Positions 38,612-52,490 of a DNA stretch of 64,000 bases are shown here, piece after piece. How positions within the stretch are numbered: the first letter of the stretch is position 1; the number at the start of each line of letters is the position of its first letter. The stretch is from assembly GCA_028534125.1 (NCBI GenBank), contig CM052818.1, positions 19,160,001-19,224,000 of the forward strand, read 5' to 3'. The position numbers were made by a program, and so were the translations under genes. Origin of the DNA: Lama glama (Eukaryota). The notes under the pieces were generated by a model. The model was not told the origin of the DNA, did not search any database, and saw nothing but the letters and a program-made list of their open reading frames with translations.

Positions 38612-41600
38612 GCAGTCTTTTGATTTTAAAAGACCTATTCCATTTCGCCTCCTCAAACTTCATCTAGACAGCCTTCCTAGACCCTGTCTTGGATCAGGTT
38701 TTCTGCTTGGCAGTCAAATTTTTTGCTCAGCACTCTAGTTTGGGTCTCTGTTGGGCTTTATTTTTTAATTTAACCTTGGCTGTTAAATGGCCTATTTATC
38801 ACTGGGAAAGCTGAAAAGACTCTAGGTTGAGCTCTCAGGACTCTCAGGAGAGACACACCCACAGGGCCAGGTCACTAAGTAGGGTGCTACCTCTCCTATG
38901 ATCAGGAAGTAGCCCTTTTCATGAAGGCTGCCATGAAAAAGAAGCCACTCCCCTCAAACCAGATACACTCACTTGCCAGCAGAAAACAGCAGAAGCATGG
39001 GCTCCACCTCCAATCTGCCTTTCAAATCTTGGGCAAATGCAGCTAACGCGCAGAATCTCATCCTGACTGGTAGATGCAAGAGTCTGGGAAATGTAGTTTT
39101 CAGCCCTCTAGCCTCTGCAGTACAGGACAGCCCACTAGAAGGAGGGTGGGGTAGATGGGGTGTGCGTGTCTACCACCTACTGCCAGCAGGGGCTGTCAGT
39201 CAGCGATTATTCCCCTTCTCTGCCACGCGGAGGGTCTGCCTACAAAAGGGGACAGGGAGGCCACTGCGCAAAGGGAAGCAGAGGCAGACCTACCTGCCTG
39301 TTTGAGCCCAGCTGTGCTCCCGGAGGGCTGATGCCGTAGTTCTTCCTCCAAATCAGGGAGCCTCCTCAGCTTTCTTCCCACTAGTGTGAGCCTGTAATTT
39401 CCCCCTTTGCCTTTGGGCTGACTTAGGTTAAATTACAACAGAAAAAATTGCGGCTAACATTGTCTCTTTACCCCAAATTAACTCCTTCCTTGCTCCTTGC
39501 GGGCTGAAATACCTTTTACAGCAACAGCCACTTTCATAGGAAGCTCAGTTTTGGAAGGCAGACATCTCTGAGAGAGAGAGTATAATGACGTAGTCACACT
39601 AAAGTGTAAATGACTGACAACGGAACTTCTTCCGAGATCAGGTTCTGATGGAGCAGAGGGAGGGGAAAGAAAGCCTTGGCTCCTGGCTGATGGCAATGGG
39701 AGCCCTGCCAATCAGACAAAGGCCACAGAAAAGGCTATTCAAGGGTATCGTGGATCAACTTTGCCCACTCTGTCTTCAGAGAACTAAAGCTGAATAGAAG
39801 CCCTAACACTCTTTGCCTTAAAAAATAAATTTCCAGCCATCCACTATTACATTTCTAACAAATGCTCAGTCTCCTGTGTTGACTTAATGTTTATGTGACA
39901 GGGCTCTGCCAGCCTGGCTTCTAATTCTATTAACCAAACACCCCAACATTCACAGGAGCCTCTCAATCTGTCTCCATCTTCCATGTTCCAACTTCCCCAG
40001 ATTCTCTTCTAAGCATCCAGAGCTTGAGGCAAGAGGGCAGGAAGGAGATTTTTCCTGGCTAGAGAGACAGAGAGCATCTCTGTTCCAAAAACTTGGAAGG
40101 TCTGCCCCTCCCCAGCCCACCTATCTCATCCCACTATCCCTAACAGGGAATTTTCCTTTTCATTGGTTAAAAATCAAAATAATAAAAAGAGGGGAAATTA
40201 TTTTTCTGGCAAGTTTATTCATCCTAAACAAGGTAACAAAACAATGCAATGTACTGGAGGCAGAATCAAGCTTTTTGGCCTGGAGAAGTTTTAGGGTGCT
40301 GCCTTCTCCTAGATGTTCCAGTTCCCCTCAACAACTTTTCCTAAAGGCACTGGGGCCCCCCTCAGACCTCCCACAGCCCCCCATCCTCTCTGCCCTGGGA
40401 CTGTGGGGTCTGCACGCAGACTCCAGTTGGGTTCACACCCACTGCTCCATCATTGATGCGCTGTAGGAACTTCACTCCTGCTGCAGAAACTCTAGAGAGA
40501 TTTGCCATCAATCCCAGTGCCCTCTTAGTGGTGAAATAAGCCATCTGACCACAGAAGGAGCAAACCAAACATCACTGTCATTCCACCTCCTGCTCCAGCT
40601 TACCCACTGCACAACGCAGAAGCCACTTAGAGCCACACAGGCAAGCAGCCTGTGGACGAGGCCAGATTCCAGTCTGGGTCAGCCACCTCTCTCCTGGGAG
40701 ATCCAAGAAATCCCCCCAAACTACAAATGCCCACACAGGCCACCTTTAGCCATGGTTTAGGCTGACCCTCCCATGTTACAGCACTGGCTGGAGAGGAAAA
40801 CTTAGCCAGGATTCCTGGTTGTACCTGGGGAAAGCCTGGACAGAGTACTGCTGCTCCTCCAGCAGACAGCCTCTGCTTTTCTACCCTATCACGCCATAGC
40901 CAGGGAGAAGATGGCCTTGACCTGAACCCCCAAGGGGAAGCTCCCCTCCACTGCTTACAAGTTCAGTGTCTCCTAACATTTTCCTCTCCATTACTCACTT
41001 CAAGGCCTTCAAGGTCTAACCCCAGGTGATCCTGGCCCACCTGTAGAGTCCCCCAGACAACTGCCTGGAGAGTCGTCCAGATCTACATTAGACTTTGTAT
41101 GAACAAGAAACGTTGTTACACCTCTGAAACGTTCAGCCACTGAGGTGGGGATTGTTTATTACTGCAGCTTAGCCTTGCTTATCCTGACTGGTACACACTT
41201 GTTCATCTGCTGACCTACAGTTGTTCTCATCATGGTTCCTGAATGTGTATGGTCCCCACCTGCTCCCAAAGCTCATGATCTTTCCCAAGAACAAGGGCCA
41301 CATCTTCCCCCTTCCACCATTTACTTGAATAAGTCCAGCCTTGTTGGGGATTGCTTTTCTCACCCAGAAAGTGGAGTTTAAAATGTTAGCCCAAAAGGAA
41401 ACTATAAACAAAACAAAAAGAATGGGAGAAAATATTTGCAAACGACGTGACTGACAAGGATTTAATTTCCGGAATATACAAACAGCTCATACAACTCAAT
41501 AACAACAACAAAAAATAAACAACCCAATTAAAAACTAGGCAGAAGACCTAAACAAACATTTCTCCAGTGAAGACATACAAATGGCCAATAGGCACATGAA

Positions 41601-41957
41601 AAAAAAGCTCAATATTGCTAACTATTAGAGAAATGCAAATCAAAACTACAATGAGGTATCACCTCACACCAGTCACAATGGCCATCATTCAAAAGTCCAC
41701 AAACAGTAAATGCTGCAGAGGGTGGGGATAAAAGGGAACTCTCCTACACTGTTGGGAATATAATTTGGTGCAGTATAGTATGGAAAACAGTATGGAGATT
41801 CCTTAAAAAACTAAAAATAGACTTCCATATGATCCAGCAATCCCAATTCTAGGCATAGGTCTAGGGGAAACTCTAATTTGAAAAAATACATGCACCCCAG
41901 TGTTCCTAGGAGCACTATATACAATAACCAAGACATGGAAATAAATGTTCATTGACA

Positions 41958-42013
41958 CTGGAATTTGACACAACATTGTAAAATGATTATAAATCAATAA
42001 AAAATGTCAAAAA
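41958..42013 (+). mobile_element. Tiny L1 3' tip nested in L1
   Basis: gacacaacattgtaaaatgattataaatcaataaaaaa; 19-bp TSD aaataaatgttcattgaca (41939-41957 and 42014-42032). Confidence 0.85.
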
Positions 42014-42191
42014 AAATAAATGTTCATTGACAGATGATTGGATAAAGAAGATGTGGTATATAATATAATGGAATACTACTCAGCCATAAAAAAGAATAAA
42101 ATAATGCCATTTGCAGCAACATGGATAGGCGTGGAGATTGCCACACTAGTGAAGCCAGAAATAGGAAGAAAAATACCACTTGATATTACTT

Positions 42192-42374
42192 TTTTTCTTT
42201 TTCTTTTTTTCTCTTACCAGATTTTGTGAGAATGTATTTCCAAGTGAGAGACACTCTGCCAGAGTTCAGTAGGTGTTCTGTGCGATTCAGTGGGTTTGTA
42301 GTTGTAATTCTTGGTGTATTTGTGGGAGAGGGCGAGCTGTGATTCTCTCTACTCTGCCATCTTGGCTAGAAGTC
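42192..42374 (-). mobile_element. L1 5'UTR-only retroposed element with A-rich tail
   Basis: Reverse complement begins gacttctagccaagatggcagagtag and aligns with 4933-5084; 16-bp TSD ccacttgatat(t/c)actt (42176-42191 and 42375-42390). Confidence 0.9.
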
Positions 42375-43149
42375 CCACTTGATATCACTTATATGTGGGA
42401 TCTAAAAAAAGTGAGACAAATGAACTTATTTACAAAACAGAAACAGACTCACAGACATAGAAAATAAAGGGGTGGTTACCAGACAGGAAAAATTGGGAGT
42501 TCAGGATTTGTAGATATTAACTACAATATATAAAATTGCAAGGTTCTACTGTATAGCACAGGGAACTATATTCAATACCTTGTAATAGCCTATAATGAAA
42601 AAGAATATGAAAAGGAATATATATATATATAGGTATAACTGAATCACAATGCTGTATATACTAGAAATTAACACAACATTGCAAACTGACTTACTTCAAT
42701 TTTTTTTAATTTAAAAAATAAAACATAAAAAAACAAAATGTTAGCCCATATCTCCCAAGGTTTTTGTGAGAATAAAAAGAGATAAAGTTTGAAACAGCAC
42801 AATTGTTAAGGTATAAAATCTCTTTATTTCACCTTTCTCCATCATCATCCCCCAACTCCCTCTGCCCCAGTGCCCGTGCCACGGCCAGGCCCTCACCAGT
42901 GCTTCCTTCTGCTCGCTGAGAATGAAGTGACCAGCACACCACCGAAGGCATTCAAGAAAACCCACAACTCCCAGGCAAGTCAGCAGCTGCCTAGGATTGA
43001 GATTTCAGTCATCTCTGCCCACATTTCACCAGTTGTACCACTTAAAGAAAAAATGTTTCTCCACCAGCTTCTTGGTGTTGAAAATTGGCAAGACCACTTG
43101 CTGTGTAAGATCTCTGAAACAAGCATGAGGCTCAGGCCCAGGCACCTTT

Positions 43150-43740
43150 TGTCGGGGGTCCCCAAGACCACCCTCGGGTTCAAAGATTCACTAGAAGGGC
43201 TCACAGAAATCAGACAAGCTATTATACTCACAGTTGTGGGTTATTACAGTAAAGGATACAGATTAATATCAGCAAAGGAAAAAAGCACATAGAACAGAAT
43301 CCAGGAGAAACCAGGTGCAAGCACCCAGGGGTCTGCTCCTAGCAGAACCACATGGACAGGACTTAATTCTCCCAGTAATGGCGTGTGACAATATGTACAA
43401 AGTATTGCTGACAAGGGCAGCTCACCTGAGATTTGGTGTCTAGGGTTTTCATTGAGGGGTCAGTCACATAGGCAGGGAACACCCACAGAATGACCCTGGT
43501 ACTCAGTCTTTAGTCCCTCTAGAGAGCAAACGGACATGGCACTGCCCAGGCCCAGGTGATCACCATGAATCACGTTGTTAGCATTAACTACAGAGCGTGG
43601 CTCAAGCTCTCAGGTGTACAAAGACCCCGCTACCAGGCAGGATCTTACAAGGGCTCAGAGGTGATCTCCCAAGAGCATCTCAAGGGCCAGGCCTTTGGAG
43701 TGTGCAGGATGTGGCCGCTGAGTTGACCCTCTCCCGCACA
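43150..43740. mobile_element. MER21-like ERV LTR
   Basis: tgtcgggggtccccaagaccaccctc...gattcactagaagggctcacagaa start; gctgagttgaccct...gcaca end. Confidence 0.8.
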
Positions 43741-44796
43741 CACCAGCACCTGGGCATCATTCTTCATGGGGAGGTAGCCTCTGCCTCCCTGCGTCATGCC
43801 GACAGAGGCCAGTGGCCCAAGGAGGCTGGACGAGCAGTGGAAGCCACAGCTGGGTTCAGCTCTGTGCCCCCTCCCAGCAGAACCGACACCAGATCCCAGC
43901 CCCAAAGACCCTGCTCCCCTAACAGGGACCTGAGGGACTAATGTGTTCTCTCTGGTGGCCATGAAAACTGTCCTGCTGAGGCCATCAGTGGTACCCTTCC
44001 CTTCTACTTCCTGAACCTCCACGCGAGTGGAAGGGGTCACAATGCATCCCGCTCTCACCACCCCTAGTGACGTCACTCCACTTTAATCACTTTCACATGT
44101 GGCCCATCTTCAGCTCTTCTGGAAGCCGGGGGTTCTCTCTCTACCAATGTTACTTTCCCTAATAGTGTCCCCAAGAGCAGGCCCGGCTGTCTCTTTTTCC
44201 TATAGCCCTTTCACTCAAGGAGCCAGTAACAATCCAGGTCAAAGTGCAATCCTATAGCACTACAGTGTCATACCCAAAAGTACCTCTCCCCACAGAATTC
44301 CAAGGTCCAATGCAAGTGCCTTAAGTCTTTGCAACCCCATGGGGAGTTTCTTCTCTACTTTTTCAACTCCCTGGTGGATGAAGGGGTGGTCTCTTTCTTT
44401 CATCTTGGGGTTGTGTTCCTCCCACTCCAAAGGCCATAGGGAACCCTGATTCCTGTACAAAGATATGCCAATTCTGCCTGGGCCTGTGGAGCTGCCAGGC
44501 AGGCAAACGAGACCCCCACAGAGATGCAAGTAAAACAGTCATAATAACTCATTCCCAGAAGATGACATATGTGAAAAAATTGTCTACTGTTGAAGGTCTT
44601 CTGAATAAAAATGAGGATTACTATTCTTTTGCTGACAGAGACTTTCCTCCACAATATGACTTGAAGAGTAACTAACCAGGGAGAAGGGAGATATTGTGAT
44701 TTCCACTTATACTACCATGCAAATAAATGGCTGATAACACAATGCTTGCAAAGGGCTATGTATGGAAAAGTTAAAGGCAGAAATAGCAGGCTTTAT

Positions 44797-44941
44797 GGGG
44801 GAGGACATAGGTAAGTAGTAGAGCGTGTGCTTAGCATGCACAAGGTCCCAGGTTCAATCCCCAGTACTTCCATTAAAATACATAAATAATAAGTAAATAA
44901 AAACCTAATTATTTCCCCCACCCCAAAAATCAAAAAAAAAA
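44797..44941 (+). mobile_element. Vic-1-type camelid tRNA-derived SINE
   Basis: gggggagg...gtagagcgtgtgcttagcatgcacaaggtcccaggttcaatcccc (A/B boxes), A tail; TSD aaatagcaggc(t/c)tta (44781-44795 and 44942-44956). Confidence 0.9.
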
Positions 44942-45772
44942 AAATAGCAGGCCTTACTGGTACCATGGGAGTGGTGGGGGGGAAGGCTGCTAGTAGAGAA
45001 GGTGGAGGCACAAAGGCCTTGCCAGAAGCTCAGAAGCCCAGCCTCAAAGAGACAGGAGCCTCACTCCACAAGTCACCTAGACAGGACTTCTGGAGGGGCA
45101 GGCCCACAGCCAGGGTTGGGGATAGACTCTGAAGCCAGACCACGATCATGGGCAGTCACACCACGGATTCAGTCTCCAGAACCGCATGCACAATCTGTGT
45201 TTCCCAAGCCCCTCTGCCCCGCTGGCTTGTGGCCCTGTCTCCTCCGATGGTGACACCAGTGAGGCCAGGCCTGGCAGACAGTGCTCCCTGGCAGCCCCCA
45301 GCTGCCACAGTAAGGTCTCATCTCCCTCCTCCTCAGAGGCCTGTCCATTCAGGTGACACCTACTCTCAGCTTTTACACTCTGGGAAGAGCACTGAGAAGG
45401 ATATGGTCTGTGGCCTCGGGGAAGGCAGGGCTGGGGAACACGAGAGGGCAGAAGGGCCAAGATAGGCAGTGCTGGCTGGCCTTGGCTGGACCCCACCTGT
45501 CCCAGCACACACTGCATCCTAGGACAGGTCTGTTGAGGCCACACCTGTTCAGACTCCTCTCAAACCAAGGAAGGGAACAGTGTCCTGAGGTGACACTTGA
45601 GTCACCCAGACCTAGGGGAAGGCAGCTCTTCCTTCGGCCCCTACTACAGACCCTCAGTCATGCCTGAGCCTGCTCCACTTTAATCCACTGTAATCCAGAT
45701 GCTTTCCCAGTCAATGCTCTGAGTAAACAACATCATAAAAATCAACTTTCGGTATCAACTAGGTTGATTTTT

Positions 45773-45915
45773 ATTTTTTATCTATTTATTTGCTTTTTCA
45801 TTTTTAATACTTTTTGGGGACTAATTAGGTTTATTTATTTATTTTAATTTTTTAAGGGAGGTACTGGGACCTCGTGTATGCCAAGCATGCTCTACCACTG
45901 AGCTATACCCTCCCC
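45773..45915 (-). mobile_element. Vic-1-type SINE with internal (B-box) deletion
   Basis: gctctaccactgagctataccctcccc end, ggaggtactggg; degenerate TSD actaggttgatttt / actgagttgacttt. Confidence 0.85.
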
Positions 45916-46195
45916 ACTGAGTTGACTTTTAGAGTGTGGTATGTTTTCCTATTCAGACTGATCTAGATGAAGGTGCCATTAAGGAAATTCCTTAACCTCT
46001 CTAAGCACCAGTTTCAACATCTTGTAATGGGAAAAACAAACCTATGCTACTGCATTGGTGTGAGGATTCACTGCAATGATGTTATAAATTGTCAGATGCA
46101 GCATTTAAGCACAGATATTCAATGAATATCAGTTCCCTGATTACTTCATCAATCCACACATTTTACTTATCCTGTGTCAACCTGACTATCGGTGG

Positions 46196-46290
46196 CCATT
46201 CATCCAACCATTCATCCATTTATCCATCCATCTACTGATCCACCCATCTATCTGACCATCCATCATTCACTCATCCATCTATTTACCCAT
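46196..46290. repeat. Degenerate (TCCA)n simple repeat
   Basis: ccattcatccaaccattcatccatttatccatccatc... Confidence 0.8.
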
Positions 46291-49200
46291 ATATCTATAT
46301 TACATCATTTGTTGCTCACCTTCTATGTACAAGCCACTGCAAATTGTCCACAGAAGTAGATATAGGAGCATACAATCTAGAAGCAAAAATTAAATATTAA
46401 AGTCAGGATATTAATAACTTGGCAGAAAGTGAAATGTATAAGGGAGGTACAGAGACTGTATTGGGAGATCAAACTCTCCCAGGCTTCTCATCAAGCTCCA
46501 ATAGAAGGCAATTGCCCAGATTATATCTGATTTGAGAAAACATTTCTCATTCTCTAATCTAGACCACGAGGACAATTTTTTCCTTCTGCACAAGGAAGAA
46601 GCCTCAGATTCTAATTATCCTAATCTGGGCCATGGCTTCATCTCGGCTTTCATTTTTACCATGTTCAGCTCTCAATTGCTCCACTGAGGACAATGTACAG
46701 AGTCCAGTTCCTTCCAAGATTTTAATTGGACTGTCCATGAGAGATTTTGAAACCAACAAAATGAGCTAAATGAGGAGATGATGGACACATTAAAGAAGCT
46801 GCCTTAGGGCAGGCAGTCTCTACACAATAGTTTGCTGAGAGTCGATTGAGGGCTTTGCGGGACCAGCAGCTAACCTCCACCCCTTAAAGATCTCTCCCTA
46901 CCCTCTGAATCCTGCCCACACTTAGGTCAACCCCTGGAAGAATTAGGGGAAAACAATTTCCCTGTGAAAGTTCATGATAAACAGCGTGGAGCTGCATTTC
47001 TGTCAACGAAAGAGGAAAATCTCAAAATTTCGTTGTCACAGTGAGAAACAAGGACCCATTAACATGATGAATGAAATACCCTGTAATCTCTGCAGGCCAC
47101 TACCCACCCTTGCAGGAGGAATTTGTCTGCAAGATTCCCACAAAGACACTGCTGAGAAAATGCAGCCGATGCGGCCAGTGGGGCTGTTTGGTGCTGCAGA
47201 TTTAGAGACAGAAGACCTAGCCCTGCCACTTACCAGCAGTGTGAGTTCCGGCAAGGCCCTTCAACTCCCTGAATCTCCATTTACTAGCAGGTAAGTGGGG
47301 AAAGCATGCGTGCCTCGCCTACATTAGCTGGCTGGCTTGACTATGACGGTGCTCTCTCTGTGAGCCAGTTCACTGGGGCAGGAGGCATGGGGACCAGTCC
47401 TTTCATCCCTCATGAGCTCAGTGACCTCCGGCAAGTAACGTCTCTTTCCTGGGTGTGCATTTCCTTGTCTGTGTAGATTACAGGTATGTGTGCGGGTTAA
47501 ATGAGATCTCCATGTGCACAGCATGGGGCAAACCAGGTGCTTGTTGGTTGGTTTTTGTGCCCCCTCCTCATCCTTGCTGGCCACACTCAGCAGAGTTCCC
47601 CTCAGCCTAGGACAGGAGACACAGGATCTCCAAGCTGAGGCCAACCGAATACTGCTTGGTGTCTCCCTCCTTGACTAACACCAATGAGGCCTTAGGCTGA
47701 CTTCCACTTGGAAATCAAGCCAGGCTCAGTAGCTCGTGGCTGCTTGAAAATGATTTTCCAAAACCCTCCTTTCACTATACCACCGGCCACCAGTTCATGC
47801 TCCGATTCAGCGTTCCTTTGCCAGACTTTAGAATCATCGTCCCAACTCTGGCCTTTGTGATGCGTGGAAACGTGCCCTTTCCTCAGCCCAAGATCCATTC
47901 TTCACGTCCTGGGATCATGTACTGCTCCCCAGTTCCTCAAGGAAACTCCTTCCCCATTCCTCATGGTTCTGGTGGGCTGCCTGATGGCCTTTGCCTTGGG
48001 CCAAGGTGACTGGAATCTTTCCAGGGACTTGACAGGATGTGGACCCTGAAGACAGAGGCCCTCTTTTCTCCGGATTGAGAGTTGTAAGGATTTGACCCCG
48101 TTGCTGTCTGTTGGGGGCCCTGTCCTCCCCGTCACACAAATGAACCCAAGTTCGAGGCCAACACTCAGGCTGAGATGAGAGAGGGAGCGAAGCAGGGAGG
48201 AAGGCCAGCCGGCACTGCTTCAGTTTCTGGACACGACTGGACCTGAGATCAGCTGCCCGGACCCCAGATGGCTCTTTTTGTGTAAGTTAGTCTAGGTTGG
48301 CTTTCTCTCACCTGAAAGCAAACAAGTTCTGAGTATCAGTAGACAGGTACGTTAGATAAATTCTATTAGTATCCTCATTTTACAGATGTGGTTAAGGTTC
48401 CAAGGTCCAGAGGCAGAGCAAAGATTTCTGCATGGATATATTTCATTCTGAATGAGTGCCCAGTGTGGCCACATGCAGGATGCTGTACAAACAGAACAGC
48501 AGGGAAAGGATTGCTCTGCTCTTAGAAGTAACGGTCTAGGAAAAAGGTGCAGCCACATGCTACTGATATAACCCCACTTAACTCACATCCATGTATGCAA
48601 AGCCATATTTATGGTCTGCACAATGCTGCAAAACAACTCACATCGGAGTTGCCTTAAATAGTGGATGTCTGAATAACTCACAGAAGCATGAGTCTCATAC
48701 GTCTCTTTTGAGGCCCATTAGGAGTTGGTTGTCATGGGTTTCCATTCTGGCTCAGAATGAAATCAGTGCATGAATCATCCAGGGACCCTTTGGTCGCAAG
48801 CAATAGAGACCGCAGTCAAAGTAACTTAGTCAAAAGGGAATTGGGTGGCTTGAGGACTCAGAGCCCAAGGGTGACTCTGGCCTCAGAAACCCCAAGGACT
48901 CCAGCAACATGGTCAGCTCGCTCTTACATCTTTCCCCCACCAACATCTAAGAGCTCTCCTCTCTCTGGATGTTGACTCAATTTTTCCTGCTGCTGCTGGG
49001 CCCCCTGTGATGGCTGGGTTGAGTGGGGGAAGATGAAGGGAGATGAAAGGCAGACCCACAGACAGTTCTGGGCAAGCAACATCTCAATCTAACAATCTTG
49101 GAGGAAGTAGAACTTTTCGTTTCCAAAATCTGTATAAACTCTTGTGGTAAGCTTGGCTCATGGGTCCACCTCTGTGGCCAGGATAGTGGGCCCTGGGACT

Positions 49201-52200
49201 GACAGCCCCTTCAAAACTGCATAGAGGGGCTTTACCAAGTGGGGTGGAGAGGGGATGGTGAACAGGCAAAACATCAGCTATCACTTCACTGTCAAAGTCG
49301 ATTAGAGTTTGCTGAAGCCTCAGTGGAGGATGTCGAGCCCAGCCTCCCCCAGACACCCTGGGCTGGGAGCCCACAGGTGCTTACCATCTCTAGTGATTCC
49401 ACTTCAGACCACCTGTGTCACCTTGGGTTCTTGGTTTGCTCATATCAAAATCAAGTGTTTGAACTCAATGGAGTTGTCTGAAGGCCCTCCCAGCTCTGAC
49501 CAATCCAAGGATTGTCATAGCTACATGAGACCCAAACTGTGTAGGAGCTAGGGCTAAAGTAATGAAAGTGGGGGCTGCCCAAAGGCAGGGGAGAAGGCAG
49601 AAGCCAGGAAAGCCCTAGTGGAGCCAAGATCAGGAAACACTGGGCCTGGCATCACTGGAAGATCAAAATTGCTTGTGGGTGAGGAAGGACTAGCACTAGA
49701 CTATTCAAAGTGGTAAAGGGGCTCCAGGAACTCTGTCATTAGGCTGCCTGGACTACTGGGGAGAATTTGGGGCCAGGACAGCCAGGATCTGGAAGCTCCA
49801 GGAAGGAACCAGAGAGGATAAAAGCTACATATGGAAAGGAAGGAACTCAGCTTCAGACCAAGGAGGTTGGGCCACTTCTTACTTGGCTGTTGTGCTGCCA
49901 GGACCCAGGTGGGAAGCCCAAGAGAACATCTTCAAGCTAATAAGAGGCCAAGTCCCCAGGGCCCCCAGGGGATGGTGCCCTCTCTGCACTGTCACCGAGA
50001 CCTCTAGTGTCCCCAGAGTCTGGAAAAGAATCACCATGGGTGGGACTGGCTCCCCGGGGAGACTGTGATGCTTCCACAAGCTCACCAAGTGTCCCTCACC
50101 AGGTCGCCAGGTCAATGGACTTGCTCATCAGCCCCTGAGAAACTCAGAGGAATGGCTGCCTTTGAAACCGGTGAAGCCAGTTGAGAACAAAAAGGAGTTG
50201 ATTTCACACAAGGTGGACCCAAGAGACAGGCATGGATTGATTCCAAGGGACCTGAGAGACAATGTCATTAAAAGAGCCACAAAAATCTACTGAGAAAAGA
50301 CAGAAGAAAACAGAGATGGCCTCAAAAGACCCTAGGAGAGGACCCTGGGGCCTCCATCAGCAAGACTGTGGGAAGGAAGGAGTCTGGCCAATGACTGTGA
50401 GTCCTGCCCCAGCCACCCTTCCCCTGGAGCCAGCCCTCCAAGTGAGTTGTCCCTGAAGCACTGTCTCCTCCCCAAAGGGAAGATGGCACTTCCAAGGTTG
50501 CCCTTTAGAAATATGACACAACGCCTAGAAAAATCAAACTGTTGTTTTTTCCAGCTCATTTATTTTCTGGCTTGTCAGTTCCCACACCCGGGGAAAAACT
50601 GGTGGGAGAGTGAGGGAGAGAAAAGGATCGTCTCAATAAGTATTATGGTCTTCTGAAAGTCTGCAAACGAGGTACAAGCACAGTAACTACCAGTTAGATA
50701 TGGTGATCAAAACTCAGTTCAGGTTCATTATTTCCAGCTAAGTTAATCAATCTCAAGAGGAGGGGAGGGGAGAAACAATTTCTGCATACATAAAAATGTA
50801 TCATCTATGTCTTTTTTACTTAATGACCCTGTGTGAAGAGGCTCTGCCTGTAAATCAGTGTCTGATTAAGAAGCTCTGTGGTCAGAGGAGGTGCCCGAGG
50901 GTCAGGAGGCCCAATCTCCAGGATGGCTCTGCCACCAACCAGCCATGGGGCCCAGGGCATGTCACCTGCCCTCGGCATCCTGCCTTCAACTGACTCTACT
51001 CTCTGTGGAGGGTCATGTTGTTCCACCCCTGCCAACGTTCAGGTGCTCCGCTACCCCAAACGACAGCCCAGCGGAAGAAGCACCTGCATTGGGCCACAGT
51101 GTCCCTGCTCCAAGGTGTCAGTGTCCAGGTCCCCAGGGAGCTCACAGTCTGTGCACAAGTGTTTCTTGAGAAACTACTCCCTGCCTGCTGTGCTGAGAAC
51201 TGTGGGCAAGACAGATGAGGTGCTGAGCTTTTAGCTTAGTTGGATTCAATGGAAACGGGGTCACAGAACACAGTGGGGTCCACAGAAGTTATTATTCAGG
51301 AAACAGAAGAAAAGAACAGAAGCCAAGACATGCTGAAAGGAAATAAATATTAAAGACAAGGTGGGGCATTGAAGATGGTGAGCAGAAGAGGAAATATCAC
51401 CCCAGAGCACCAAACATCATCCCAGAGCACCAAAGTAAAAATTTCTCACCATTCCCAAAACACTTTTCAAAATGAGTTTGGTGAATTGCCACTATGAGGT
51501 AGGGAAAACAGCCAAAAAGACTCCATTTCTTTCTCAGTGTGGACACAAGATTCCGTTCTGGCCAAGATGTTAAGTGGAAGCAATGTGTACGTCTATGTTT
51601 CCTTAAAGCTAGGAAGAGCATGTGTGCAGGTTACTCCTTCCTGCTGCCCGAAATGCAGGTGCATTGGCTGGAGCACTAGCAGTCATCTTGGGCCATGAGG
51701 AGACCTTGAGAAGAGAACTGAGCACCGTGGAGAAACAAGCTCGAAGAATCAGGGTCCCTGATGCTCATGGAGCCGCCTTACCTTTCTCCCTCCAGATTTC
51801 TTTCACAGGAAAGAAAAATAACTTCTCTCCTAATCTACTCATCTCTGATCTTTGGCAAGTCACTTAAGTTCTCTACACCCCAGCTTGCTCATTTGTAAAA
51901 CGGAATAATGATGGTATTTACCTAACAGGTTGTTGCCAGACACACAGCTATTATTGTATCTATTTAAGCTATTATTTTTTAACAGCTTCATTGAGATATA
52001 AACTTACATATCATATAGTCTGCCTATTTAAGGTATACTCCTTCCACAGGAGTACCGGCTTCCATGAGAGAATTAAAAACAGTACTTCTTAACATCTGTA
52101 CCACACCTCATTCAAGCTTTCTTAACTTCCGTTGCATTGCCTACATCACTCATTTTGACACTAAATAATATTTAGGAAGATTAAATTTATCACATGTGTA

Positions 52201-52400
52201 CTTCTCAGATTGCTAACTATATTTTAAGCCTTTGGAAAGGAAAAAATTTGGGGGACACACTACTGAGGTTTTGATCCCAGCTCTGCCACTTACTAGCTGT
52301 GTGCCCTGGGCAAATTATTGAACCTTTGAGCGTAGGTGTTCTCATGTGTGATGTGCAGGTGATAGAAGTACCCACCTTTCAGTATTGCTTAAGAGGAGTG

Positions 52401-52490
52401 TTTTTTTTTTTGTAATGGAGGAACTGGGGATTGAACCCAGAACCTCATGCATTCTAAGCATGTGCTCTACCTCTGAGCTATTCCTACCTG
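52401..52490 (-). mobile_element. Vic-1-type SINE (short-tail form)
   Basis: ctggggattgaacccagaacctcatgcattctaagcatgtgctctacctctgagcta preceded by poly-T. Confidence 0.85.

Larger units (their letters stand above)
41394..42734 (+). mobile_element. 5'-truncated cetartiodactyl-type L1 (ORF2 end + 3'UTR) with two nested insertions
   Basis: gaatgggagaaaatatttgcaa, atcaaaactacaatgaggtatcacctcacacc, A-rich tail; perfect 14-bp TSD aaaatgttagccca (41380-41393 and 42735-42748). Confidence 0.95.

Noticed and set aside
42038..42229. ORF with MEYYSAIKKNKIMPFAATW
   Set aside because: It is a disrupted remnant of the L1 ORF2 C-terminus.
44797..44870. tRNA-Ala-like gene
   Set aside because: It is degenerate and has an A tail and TSD, so it is a SINE head, not a tRNA.
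51396..51434. 20-bp direct repeat atca(c/t)cccagagcaccaaa
   Set aside because: Only two adjacent copies with no spacer; a simple tandem duplication, not a CRISPR-like array.
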